19,684 nucleotides of DNA, taken from contig MTSL01000075.1 in assembly GCA_002794465.1 (NCBI GenBank), positions 48,381 through 68,064 on the forward strand, read 5' to 3'. The stretch comes from Paramicrosporidium saccamoebae KSL3 (taxonomy: Eukaryota; Fungi; Cryptomycota). Shown one piece after another: positions 6,344 to 16,200 of this stretch. Below the pieces are notes generated by a model that saw only the letters and a program-made list of their open reading frames with translations, made no database searches and was not told where the DNA came from. A program made the position numbers and the translations under genes. Every line of letters starts with the position of its first letter. Positions within the stretch are counted from its first letter, which is position 1.

Positions 6344-7907
6344 CCAAGAGAACGTGGGCAGCACAGTAACACGTCCCGGCCAAGGCAACCACAAACAACA
6401 CACCTGACGCACTCATCAATGATCCAAGGATTGTCTGGATCCCCGAGGCACCGACCACAAATCCCACCAAATTGGCCACACTCATAAGAAGCATATTGGC
6501 TCCTGCTGCTGCTGCGATCCAATGTCGATATTGTGGCCCTTCCCAGCCGCGCTTCTGTGCCAGCCAAGAGAGCACAATTTCGGGCAAAATGAACAGACAG
6601 ATGAGCCAGGACCAAAGCAGCATGTTCAGATGGATGTCGTGCCAAATGGCGACAAAGGTAAAGATTGGCCAAATATTGTACAAGGCCGTTGTACTCCCTC
6701 CGAGCGGAATGTACATGTACCGCACGATCCATTGATTAAAGGATCGATGCCATCCCCGCCAGAATGCCAGGCTGCTGTAATTGTTTGTCATGCATCGTGC
6801 CATATTTTCCAGCGGAACGATGCCGTCAAAGAGGGCGACAAGTCGGAAGAATCGCCAAATAATTAACAATTTCAACCAGACGACTGTCAAATTGAGATAG
6901 GACAATGCAGCAAAATCAAGGGGTCGGAAATCAATCCAGGCCTGGTTGTTCTTGATGGCTACAACATAGCAGTAGTGGAGCATCACTTCAATAGTCAGGA
7001 AACTCACTACCCATCGCAGGGCGTATGTGAGAACCTCCATTGTTGATGGTCGCATGGGACGCTGGATTTGTGAGTAAAAGTTGTTAAAGGTAATGATCGG
7101 CCCCGCCAGGTACAGGGGCGGATAGAGTACATATATGAGACAATTGATAAACGTAAAGGAATCTCGCGACGGTGCCTCCTGGATTCTCCGCCGATCACAC
7201 GGATCGCCATTGCCATTGTCGCTGCATTCCTTGCAGCCTTCGCGATGTTGCAGTGCAGAATATCCCTGGAACGAGTAATAGTAATCGACATTGTAGCTGA
7301 TCAGCCGGAGGATGGTAATATTAAAAGTTACAGACCAGCGTGGCACTGCGGCAGGAAGCAGGTTAAAGAAGCTCTCAGCTATGGACAACAGTGGATGGTC
7401 ACGGTAGCTGACTTTAAAGTATTCCAGGGCAAACAACAGGCCAATGTTGTAGATCCATGTAAAGATGACGTTGATCCGCTTCCCCTTGCAGGTTGAGCTG
7501 ATTAGAAAATTGCCTCCCACCAGGACTAGAATCTTGATTGTATGTAATCCATGCAACACTATCAGAAATGCCAATGTCAGCGCCGCCCGAACACGCATCG
7601 AGAAATCAAAGGACCAAGCGCGTCGGTGTCCAATCATCCGCGCCATCCCGTTCAGTGCCAAAAATCCTCCAAATAACAAAATTGCCAACGGCAACGGCTC
7701 TCGAAAGGAGCGCCACTGGGCATCAGAATTGTCCATGGGCCGACCCATCCAGCCAGCACGGAGATTGTGACTGTAATTAGTAAAGTTTAGATTGGTGGGG
7801 AGGGAAAAGTTGTAGGCTGATTGGAACACTGTGAACATTGCAAAGGCCAACACGGCATAGTAAATAAGGAATTCGCCCGAGGCCCAGCGGAGCATTGTAT
7901 CCTGCAT
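6297..7907 (-). CDS. GUP1: MBOAT O-acyltransferase, Gup1/HHAT family (GPI lipid remodelling)
   Basis: DNSDAQWRSFR, YVLYPPLYLAGPIITFN, WRGWHRSFNQWIVRYMYIPLGG, FVAIWHD; many TM segments. Alternative ATG at 7895. Confidence 0.93.
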   Translation of the reverse strand: MQDTMLRWASGEFLIYYAVLAFAMFTVFQSAYNFSLPTNLNFTNYSHNLRAGWMGRPMDNSDAQWRSFREPLPLAILLFGGFLALNGMARMIGHRRAWSFDFSMRVRAALTLAFLIVLHGLHTIKILVLVGGNFLISSTCKGKRINVIFTWIYNIGLLFALEYFKVSYRDHPLLSIAESFFNLLPAAVPRWSVTFNITILRLISYNVDYYYSFQGYSALQHREGCKECSDNGNGDPCDRRRIQEAPSRDSFTFINCLIYVLYPPLYLAGPIITFNNFYSQIQRPMRPSTMEVLTYALRWVVSFLTIEVMLHYCYVVAIKNNQAWIDFRPLDFAALSYLNLTVVWLKLLIIWRFFRLVALFDGIVPLENMARCMTNNYSSLAFWRGWHRSFNQWIVRYMYIPLGGSTTALYNIWPIFTFVAIWHDIHLNMLLWSWLICLFILPEIVLSWLAQKRGWEGPQYRHWIAAAAGANMLLMSVANLVGFVVGASGIQTILGSLMSASGVLFVVALAGTCYCAAHVLLEIRETERSYGIFNKY

Positions 7908-7913
7908 TTATCC

Positions 7914-7923
7914 ATTTCCCTTT
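7914..7923 (+). promoter_or_regulatory. Candidate core-promoter/initiator element ATTTCCCTTT at -11..-2 of the GPI12 ATG
   Basis: The identical 10-mer sits at the identical offset before the BET2 ATG. Confidence 0.45.
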
Positions 7924-7924
7924 G

Positions 7925-8749
7925 ATGGGATGGTTTACCTTGGCAGTGTTAGGTGCTGTCGCATACACGGTGTGGTATGCAGTAAGCATTGCAAGAGAGT
8001 ATTTGAGACGAGAAAGGCCAAATAATGTCTTTAATAATGTGTTACTAGTGACGGCGCATCCGGATGACGAATGCATGTTCTTTGGCCCCACTCTCAGGAC
8101 CCTGCAACGGAGCGGCTCCCACATACATGTGCTCTGTCTCTCCACAGGCAATTATGATGGTCTCGGTGCACACCGCACAAAGGAACTCCAGGCCAGCTGC
8201 CAGGTGCTCGGCGTAACATGTACCGTTGAGGACACTTTGCAGGATGGCGAGAAATGGGACCCCGAAGCAGTCTCTGATGCCATTGACGAATTTGTCAAAG
8301 AGACCAAATGGGATGCCATTCTAACGTTTGACAAATTTGGCGTCTCTGGACATTTGAACCACGGAAATGTGCATAATGGCGTGCGCTACTTTGCGGCCCG
8401 CTCAGCCCGTCCGTACATATTGTTGGAACTAGAATCAGCTCCCCTGTTGTTAAAATACTCTGGGATGATGGCCATTGTCTATGAATATGTGCAATCTTTG
8501 ATGGGAGTTATGTTGAGTAGTCAGAAAGAAAGTGTTTTGAATAATCAGAAGAAGAGTGGGTTGAGCAATCAGAGTGTGTCGAGCAATCGGATGGTGGCCG
8601 TATTGGAGCCAAACGAGGCGTGGACCGCGTATCGGGCCATGGCCATGCATAGATCGCAACTCGTATGGTTTAGGTATTTGTACCTCTTGTTTTCACGATA
8701 TATGCACATTAACACTGTCGTCGTGCGACATCCATCGCAACTAATGTAG
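7925..8749 (+). CDS. GPI12: N-acetylglucosaminyl-phosphatidylinositol de-N-acetylase (PIG-L)
   Basis: N-terminal TM anchor, AHPDDECMFFGPT, LSTGNYDGLG, TFDKFGVSGHLNH, AMAMHRSQLVWFRYLYLLFSRY. The ORF track starts at a TTG (7895); the first ATG is 7925. Confidence 0.95.
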   Translation: MGWFTLAVLGAVAYTVWYAVSIAREYLRRERPNNVFNNVLLVTAHPDDECMFFGPTLRTLQRSGSHIHVLCLSTGNYDGLGAHRTKELQASCQVLGVTCTVEDTLQDGEKWDPEAVSDAIDEFVKETKWDAILTFDKFGVSGHLNHGNVHNGVRYFAARSARPYILLELESAPLLLKYSGMMAIVYEYVQSLMGVMLSSQKESVLNNQKKSGLSNQSVSSNRMVAVLEPNEAWTAYRAMAMHRSQLVWFRYLYLLFSRYMHINTVVVRHPSQLM

Positions 8750-9082
8750 TTAGAATAAACTGATTGTCAAAGGTGGTTCAAATAGTGCTTTGATATCTGG
8801 TTATATGAATTGGGGGCGCATTTCAGTATTGTCACTGACACGCGGTCCCACTGTTCATTGATTCATTCCATCGACCTCGATACCCACTGTCCCGTGGTGA
8901 TACAACAATCTACGTACAGGAACTCTTTATCGTGACACTTCAAGCGAGAGCCCTTTTTTATTAAATATCGTCTCCATTTAGGGGGCAAGACTCACCATCA
9001 GATCGTGGCGTCCTATGGGAGTTATTGGGCCTTAAACATAGCGAATTGGCTCACCATGTCTCACCCACACTGACTCTCGTAC

Positions 9083-9922
9083 TCACTGTTTATTATTATC
9101 TACAGGCTTGTAAATCTTGAATGTTCCATCAATAACGGTGCCACAAGTTTTGCATTTAGAAAATGTCCTAGAGTGTTGGATTGCGCATTTTTCGCAGAAC
9201 AAATGTCCACATTTAGTTTCCACTATTGGCCGCTTGAATTCTTTATCGCAAATGTCGCAAATGGTTTGTTTCACTGTTGCTACCACTTCTTCCTTGATCT
9301 CATAATCCGACTCGGTTTTGCCAGCCTTTAGTCGTCGTTGTTGCTCGTCCCATTCGTCATCCAACTCCCAGCCTGCTTTGTAATCGCCCCTATCGTGGAC
9401 AAACTTGCAACTGTCACCAAACCCACAAAATCCCGTTTCGTTGTAGTCCTTGCACAGATCAGGCGCGTAGTCAAACCGACAAGTGTTCCGGATGTGTGTG
9501 GCAAGACGATGTGGGGCCGACGCGTGGTTTTTGTCAGAGAGTGCATTGGCGCGGGTAGTGTCATGACGCGTAAGATAGGCATAATATGCAGACCGGCCTT
9601 GGTAGCGGTCTGTGAGGACGGATGTCTGGGTTGAGGATTGTTCGCGAAGGGCACGATGGTCTTGAGAGACGTCGGTCTCATATTCTGCCGTAGCTGTAGC
9701 ATCTGCAGTCGACAAATTTGTATCTCTGGAAGCCTCAAAATGCAGGTCCAGTTTGCTTCCAGTCGGTGTCTCGGCGCCTGCAGAACAGTCCTCGGGCTGG
9801 TCGCGCCTGACTATTTTTGTAACTCTTATGTCCTCAGTCTTGTCATGGGCCAACTCCTCTTCATCCTTTTTCCTGACATTCTTGGGTTTTCGCGGCACCA
9901 ACAACACGGGCACGTCCGACAT
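9083..9922 (-). CDS. CWC24: Pre-mRNA splicing factor Cwc24/RNF113A (CCCH + RING)
   Basis: DYAPDLCKDYNETGFCGFGDSCKFVHDRGDYKAGW and RING CDIC...KCGHLFCEKC...CKTC. Confidence 0.95.
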   Translation of the reverse strand: MSDVPVLLVPRKPKNVRKKDEEELAHDKTEDIRVTKIVRRDQPEDCSAGAETPTGSKLDLHFEASRDTNLSTADATATAEYETDVSQDHRALREQSSTQTSVLTDRYQGRSAYYAYLTRHDTTRANALSDKNHASAPHRLATHIRNTCRFDYAPDLCKDYNETGFCGFGDSCKFVHDRGDYKAGWELDDEWDEQQRRLKAGKTESDYEIKEEVVATVKQTICDICDKEFKRPIVETKCGHLFCEKCAIQHSRTFSKCKTCGTVIDGTFKIYKPVDNNKQ

Positions 9923-10152
9923 CCCCTGCCATCAAATCCTGTCAGTGTTTATTTGTAACATCTTTAGTAAATAGTAAAGGAGATTGATACTATAGATATG
10001 GTCGTTAGAATAGTAGGTGTGCTTGTGACGATAAGAGATACGTTCTTGAGAAGGGTGGGTCGTGAAAATAGTGGATCGTGAGAAAAGCTCACAAAGGGAA
10101 CATTTCGTAAGGAAAACGCTCCGTACAGCCCCCCCCTTCTGCTACACATATA

Positions 10153-10752
10153 TCATGTCTTTATGGCGGTATATAGAAAATAAAATGTATCGTCAATGGG
10201 CTCCACATTCAGAGTCCATCCCTCGCGGCTAATGTAGGGTTTCCGGAAATGGGGCTGTCCGAAAGAGAGACTGATGAAGGTGCCGCCTGGTTTGAGTACG
10301 CGCAGGACCTCGTCGATGCAGGCTCCAACATCAGAACGAACTTGGGTGGAAGGATCCCAGACGCTCCCTCCATCAGTGAATAGCGCATCGAGGGAGCACT
10401 TGTCAAAAACCACTTCAAACGACTCGGAAGGGAACTCTAGTGTGCGCATGTCCATCTGAAGCCACTTTAGGTGGGGAGCTCGCTTCTTCATTGTCTCTAC
10501 AACTGGTTCACTGTAGTCGATGCTCACGACATGTGGAAATCCATCCTCGTATAGCTGTTCGCTCAGGGTCGAGTTACCACAGCCCAGAATGAGAACAGAG
10601 TCCGTCTCCTTCATCAGCGGCAGCACCAACGGACGCAGTCTTTCAAAGGTCATAAGCCAGTCATATGTGTTGGTGTCGTCCTTGTATCGCTGGTTCCAAT
10701 ATTCAAGCTCGCGATATGCGCCTAGTCGATTAGGAATGTGTGAATCGCCCAT
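10153..10752 (-). CDS. EEF1AKMT4: Class I SAM-dependent protein-lysine methyltransferase, EEF1AKMT4/ECE2-like
   Basis: YRELEYWNQRY, YDW, ILGCGNSTLS, IDYSEPVV, FDKCSLDAL, VLKPGG, GQPHFR. Nearest ATG upstream of the conserved block is 10752 (alternative 10761); the ORF-track N-terminal extension overlaps TDP1. Confidence 0.85.
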   Translation of the reverse strand: MGDSHIPNRLGAYRELEYWNQRYKDDTNTYDWLMTFERLRPLVLPLMKETDSVLILGCGNSTLSEQLYEDGFPHVVSIDYSEPVVETMKKRAPHLKWLQMDMRTLEFPSESFEVVFDKCSLDALFTDGGSVWDPSTQVRSDVGACIDEVLRVLKPGGTFISLSFGQPHFRKPYISREGWTLNVEPIDDTFYFLYTAIKT

Positions 10753-10759
10753 GCAGCCC

Positions 10760-12028
10760 ATGTCTGCACCGCTGCGGTCACAGTTACAGTTGCAATTGCA
10801 GTTGTCGTTGCCGTTACCTTTGATTGACTTGACAGCGACTGAGCCTCTCCGGTACGAACGAGGAGCGGTGCATCTGGTGCAATACAGTGGGGATCCACTG
10901 AATAGTGAAATGGTCACCTTTGACGAGATATTCGATACGGTGGGGTTGGAAAAGTGTCTACTGACGACCTATGTGTTGGATGAGGAATGGCTCTTTCCCA
11001 AGTTGAAAGAGGTGCCTAATGTCATCCTGTGTTATGACGACGGGAAGCGTCATGCGCAAGCCTTGGTGAGTAAACGGGGCAAACTGACGTGCGTGATGCC
11101 GTCATTTCCAAAGTTTCCTAGCTACGGTGTGATGCATTGCAAGTTAATGTTGCTTTTCTATGCAGACTTTTTGAGAGTGGTAATCTCTACCGGGAATCTT
11201 GTTCCCTATGATTACGATGACGTCCAGAATGTATTTTTGTCTAATGATCCTAATGTTGGCTAGATGGTTTTTATCCAAGATCTACCAAGGGCAGAGCCGC
11301 AAGTAGGTGTCTTTGAGTTCAAGGACGATCTGTGTCGGCTGCTCAGATCACTGGGAATCACTGAAACACTCATTTCGAATGAGGAATTGTCGGTATACGA
11401 CTGGAGCAAAGTGACGGCGAGAATGGTATACTCTGTGCCGGGAATGATCAATGTTTCCCATGCAAGTGGGCTCGTCATGCTTTCGGAACGCGTGCCTACC
11501 GCTGAAAAATTGGACTGGATTGAATCTCAAGGATCATCACTAGGAGCAATGCCAGAGACCTGGCTTGATGATGTTATGGCATGTTGTGCAGGCCGTCGTC
11601 CTGGGAATTCGCGGAAACGACCTTCTGAAGATGCGGCATTGAACATAAAGGTGGTGTTCCCAACGACAGCATATGCACTGAACAGCAACCTGGGACCTGG
11701 TGCATTTGGGACCATTTTCTGCCAAAGCAAAAATTGGAATAGTCCCAACTATCCACGTGCACTCTTTCACAAATGCCTCTCCACCTCAGCAGACTATAGA
11801 CCGCTCCATACCAAGATTCTAAGCACACCAAATTGGACTTATATTGGCTCTAGTAACTTTACACCAAGTGCATGGGGCAAGTTTGTCAAAGAAAAGTCGG
11901 CACTAATGATTGCCAACTATGAGCTCGGGGTGATTGTAGAGGGTGCAGATTTTCCATTCCCCTACCGACGACCGGTCAGCCCGTATGAAAAAGATGATGT
12001 CCCATGGATGCAAGAGTTGTTACGGTAA
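10760..12028 (+). CDS. TDP1: Tyrosyl-DNA phosphodiesterase 1 family (~411 aa; exons 10760-11230 and 11264-12028)
   Basis: Two HxK catalytic motifs (MHCKLMLL...LRVVISTGNL and LHTK...YIGSSNFTPSAWG), SQGSSLG, NYELGV. Splicing joins VQN|MVFIQDLP. Confidence 0.9.
10781..10822 (+). repeat. Degenerate hexamer tract (CAGTTA CAGTTG CAATTG CAGTTG TCGTTG CCGTTA CCTTTG) encoding QLQLQLQLSLPLPL
   Basis: Directly visible in the TDP1 N-terminus. Confidence 0.7.
11231..11263 (+). other. Spliceosomal intron, 33 nt
   Basis: GTATTT...CTAAT...CTAATGTTGGCTAG; contains the in-frame TAG that splits TDP1 in the ORF track. Confidence 0.9.
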
Positions 12029-12270
12029 AATCTCAATTGCTGTCAAGCTTCTGTAGTCCAATAACGGTACGATCACGTGGAACTACAAAATGACATGCTA
12101 GCCCCCATCACGACAGCCGAATTTAAAGTGTTATGCTCTGAGAGAGTATACCAACATCGATATCAAACGCAAGATCAAAATTAGTGCCGTATCCTACACA
12201 ATCTATAGTCTACGGGCTATGAATTTTAATGGGCTCTAATGAATCCTTGGTAGTAATCTCCGATATCATT

Positions 12271-13260
12271 TTATAAAAATCTTGTTGGCATGCAATATTT
12301 TGGATCTACACTGTCCAAGCCCGGAAAACCAAGGAGCGCGAGTCCAGCGAGACCAAAGACGGTGTGAAAAATGTCCGCCATATCGTCTGGTCGGTCGCTG
12401 AACCCTCCAGATACAGCGTCTTGGCAGGAAAGAATAAATTCTTTCAATTTTTCGCCATCGATCCAGGTGAGACGATTGAGCATGGCCATTGAAGACAGCA
12501 CCCACCACGAATAGCAGACGTCTTCTAGCTTTTCTGGCCGGCCGTTCAAGCCACCGCATGGGAGTTGCCGCCATGCCAACCATTCAGATAATCTGTCCGC
12601 TGCCTGAATCTCTATATTAAGGATAGTCAGCATTCCCACGCAGCAGAATATCTGACCCGCATGAGATTCGCCACCAGGAATAGCACCAAAGCCTCCGTCA
12701 AAATTGCGGCACTTTTCAACAAAAGCTACGGCAGTGCTTAGATTGATGGCATCAAGACGAGCGAGTAGCTTTAATGCTGATATAGCACAATATGAGAACC
12801 GTGTGTCAATTTCGCCATCCTCATCTCCGGAAAATGATCCATCTTCCCGCTGTCGGCTTTGGATCCCTAAATGATTAGGACTCTGTTGTGCTGGTAGTGT
12901 ACAGCGAATGTGCCTGTCAAGGTCAATCCGCGGGTCGTTGAGACCTTTAATCATCACCAGGATCTGGATGGCACTGAGAGTAAACGTCATGTGTGCATCA
13001 TGTCCCACATTGCCCCCAAACCCGCCCTCAGGCCTCTGACATTCCACCACAAACTTTAGCACGTCTGTCCTTGTCAACGGACTCGACAAGTCAAACTCGT
13101 TGCTTAACGGGTCCAGCTCCGGACGCAGGAGCAGCAGGGCCGTCAGCGCCCAGTATATACCGTTCATCCTTAGATAGTCGGCCTGCCAGTAGTCGAGCTT
13201 TTGGATGCGTCCATCAAGTTCCTGGATAAAGGCGAGGTGCTTTGACCGGGTAAACGACAT
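12271..13260 (-). CDS. BET2: Rab geranylgeranyltransferase (type II) beta subunit (~317 aa after splicing)
   Basis: YLRMNGIYWALTAL, GGFGGNVGHDAH, EIDTRFSY, ESHAGQIFC, LNGRPEKLEDVCYSWW, DIFHT. First plausible ATG 13260 (MSFTRSKH). Confidence 0.95.
   Translation of the reverse strand: MSFTRSKHLAFIQELDGRIQKLDYWQADYLRMNGIYWALTALLLLRPELDPLSNEFDLSSPLTRTDVLKFVVECQRPEGGFGGNVGHDAHMTFTLSAIQILVMIKGLNDPRIDLDRHIRCTLPAQQSPNHLGIQSRQREDGSFSGDEDGEIDTRFSYCAISALKLLARLDAINLSTAVAFVEKCRNFDGGFGAIPGGESHAGQIFCCVGMLTILNIEIQAADRLSEWLAWRQLPCGGLNGRPEKLEDVCYSWWVLSSMAMLNRLTWIDGEKLKEFILSCQDAVSGGFSDRPDDMADIFHTVFGLAGLALLGFPGLDSVDPKYCMPTRFL
12867..12902 (-). other. Probable spliceosomal intron, 36 nt, in frame and stopless
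   Basis: GTACAC...CCTAATCATTTAG. Removal changes RHIRCTLPAQQSPNHLGIQSRQ to RHIRWIQSRQ, which fits the repeat register. Confidence 0.8.
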
Positions 13261-13261
13261 A

Positions 13262-13271
13262 AAAGGGAAAT
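13262..13271 (-). promoter_or_regulatory. Candidate core-promoter/initiator element ATTTCCCTTT at -11..-2 of the BET2 ATG
   Basis: Minus strand reads AAATTTCCCTTTTATG; same 10-mer and offset as at GPI12. Confidence 0.45.
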
Positions 13272-13287
13272 TTGCGGATATTTGGTA

Positions 13288-16200
13288 ATGCACAAGGTTC
13301 AAAGCCGAGCTACCATAAAAACAAGGCTTCTGGACGGCGACCTGTCCGAAGCTCTAGAGTCTGCGCTATTTGGCGGGGGAGATGGTTTCAGCATGCTGCT
13401 GGATATGGTCGAAAGGGGAAAAGTGGACCTCGGGATAGTGTTGAACTACCTTGGGTCACGACTGCATCGCAATGTCCCTTCTTACGGTCTCCAACGCATG
13501 TCCATGATTTTAGTCACGATATTGACCATTGCACCAGCAGCAGAGGATATTGTGTATCTCATAGTAAGGACGTTTCCCGACCTGCTTCCCACACTGTCAC
13601 AGACCATGTTGTTGGAAGAAAAGGGGGCTTTTTCTCAGTTTCTTCGTAATGGCTTGGAAGAATGGGTTCAAATGCCGCTGTTTTCCCATCAAATAACTAC
13701 ACTGGAGCTAAAACGCTGCATCTCTGTCATCTTAAGGAACGTGGCAGATGCTGATTCTTTGCCGCTGGTTGTTGCTTTTATTAGAAATTTAAACAGTGCC
13801 CCTGAGCATATACCAGAAGTACTGCTGTTAGTGCAGCAATTATTATCTGGACTATGTATTACTGGCGACGCCAATCTCTCGATTGCTGTTTTAGAGTTTG
13901 CCTACAGTTGCAAAAGAGCAGTTCCAGAGATGGACACTTCAAATCTTTTAAAGCTGATCGGAAAGATAGAGTGCCCTTACTCATCGTTATTGGCAGCCAT
14001 CTGTAGCTGTCCGTTATTCACCGAGAATGAAATTGTGACTATTCTAAGGCTGAGTCCCGAGAGCCAGAGCGACCCGGCCACCCAACTTGCGGCGCTGTTT
14101 GCATTGTCCGACTATCCGTTCCTTGGTGAAGAGAACGAAAAAGTCATTAATAACATTCTTGAACTGCCCACCTGTGATGCGGTGGTGGACATTTCTGGTG
14201 AGATTCATGACTCCTTTGTCCTTTTGATGAGCGTCTCAATTTCCTCTCCAGAACCCTCCCCAGCGACGCAGGATTGGCAAGACTTTGATGTGGCCTATTC
14301 GGCATTTTTCCACTCAGCCATGGCCATCTTAAAGTCCCCAACCAAGATGCTTCTGGAGCAGCTTGTGGCGATTACAGAATTCCACCCTATTCTTGCGCAG
14401 CGTCTCCTTCTTCTCGTGTCACTCTGTCTCAAGAACCCCCCAAGCCGTGACTTTTTTGTGGATACAGTTCAATGTCTTTTGCGAATCTCTGATATTGATG
14501 ATTTCTGTCGGGAGCGCGCCAGCACACTACTTCGATCACTTTGTGGGTCGTCGCTGGCGATTCAGCAGGTTGTTTTGCCGCTCATCGCCCGCCAGTTACA
14601 CAAGTACCAAAGGCTTGCAAATTCAGTGATGAGCAACATTCCTTCATTGGTGTATTCAGAAAATGCCACAGCTTCCAGTGTTGCTGCATATGCCGTGACA
14701 ATTAGCACTCTTGCAAAAATGGTTCACAAACGAACGTACATGGATTTTGCATTCTCCTCGATTCGAAGTGTTCTGTTTGCAACTAACCAACGCGACATTG
14801 CTCCCCAGACAAAAGCTGTCCTGATCACTGCATTGTTTGATATGGTGACCGCTTTCTATTTGAGCCCTGATATTAGTAAAACTTTATCGCAACTAATCGG
14901 TTTTAGTGTGGAACGAGATTGTCAAGCCGGCTTTATTGGTTGATACAAAGAGCTTGGGAAATAATGACTACAACAGTGCGTTGTGCAACTTGGTCAGTAC
15001 ATTGTCATCCAGGATCCCGCCAGACTTGGAAGTGTATGATTCAGTCGAGCCTGTAATTATGGAAGGCTTTCAATTTCTTGTTGAAAATGTTTTGGTCAAC
15101 CCAGCAGCCTCATTGGAAGCATTGCTGCAATTCCCCACTGGGCTGTTGACTAGTCACAACGTTGACTTGATGCAAATTTTCATGAAAACGTGCTCTACCG
15201 AAATCTTTGACGAGGATGCCATGTGCAGATTTCTTGGTAGCTGGATTGCCCAGGAAATCAATCAAATGCCAAAAAGTCTCTTTCTGGGCACAAGCTCGAT
15301 GAAATCTGGCAAGGCTACCGCCAAGAAGCCCAGCCCTGTTGATGCCAAAATTACAGCCTTGTGGAGCACAAATCCGATCTATGCAGCCAAAAAGATTGTT
15401 GCCTGTGGGAGTATGAAAGAGTTGTCAGTAGTTTTAGGGCAATTGCCCGCCTTGCCGTCACTAACAATGCAACATTGGCTGCTTCGTCTTGAATTTTTCA
15501 GCTTGCTATGGAAGGGAATTCACCAAGTTTTGATGGCAACCAGCGACCATGCAGAATTTGCTCAAGTTGAAGGAGACTTGTCGGCCATGCTACTGGCTCG
15601 TCTTGGGCAGGGTCAGTCTGTTGCCTCGGTGTCTTATGCGTTGATTGCTTGGGCGGCACTAGCTGCGGCATCGACGTTTATCGACGCAAACCATAGCCGT
15701 GCACGAGATGCTTTGCAGATGGTTCTTGGCGGAGAGATGGTCCCTGAGAGATTCCAAACCAACGAAGAAGTTTTTGCGATTCGAACTGTGGCTGTACGCC
15801 TTCTGTTTGATACTTTGGAAGATAGCCACCAACGCAGTTTCCAAAATCAAGTCACGCTATTCCTCTCAACCCTCAAGCCGGCAGAGAATTCTTGGCTATG
15901 GCTTGTGTATGAATATTCCTTTGGCACAAAATGGCCCTCGACCATCAGATCGGAAAAGGCTAGCCAGTCGGGGCTTGAACCAATGTTCTCTACGCCGAAT
16001 TGGTCGCTGGCCGAATTCCAAAGTCTTGTCGAGGACACTGAATTAAGGGTCAAGAGCGAACCCGCTGGTTTAGCGGGAATGACTCTTTATGGCCTTGGGA
16101 GAGCTGCTTGTCGTACCATTCCAAAGCCCCAAGAATGGATCAATGGGCTACTTAACGGGCTGTTGTCACCTGGACCAGCGATTAAAAAAACGGAACATTG

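Noticed and set aside
4527-8749. Alternative genetic code (TAG or TGA reassigned) to explain frames broken by single stops
   Set aside because: Conserved genes end at their expected C-termini with TAG (RPB3, G-patch, GPI12), TGA (CWC24) and TAA (GUP1, BET2), and none has internal stops outside introns.
8768-8991. Minus-strand frame with a single in-frame TGA (selenocysteine idea; also the TGA at 699-701)
   Set aside because: No start codon for the 8768-8991 frame, no redox CxxU-type motif, and no SECIS-like hairpin recognised.
9964-10149. 61-aa minus-strand ORF between EEF1AKMT4 and CWC24
   Set aside because: Low-complexity, begins 3 nt after a stop, no motifs; more likely the CWC24 promoter/5' UTR.
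10753-10917. 55-aa N-terminal extension of the methyltransferase and the 10520 start of TDP1 given by the ORF track
   Set aside because: Each extension runs antisense through the other gene's conserved sequence; homology starts just after ATG 10752 and ATG 10760.
12123-12269. Minus-strand 49-codon frame with one internal TAG just after BET2 (MISEITTKDSLEPIKIHSP*TIDCVGYGTNFDL…)
   Set aside because: It starts 1 nt after the BET2 stop, is short, has no intron that removes the stop in frame, and has no homology cue.
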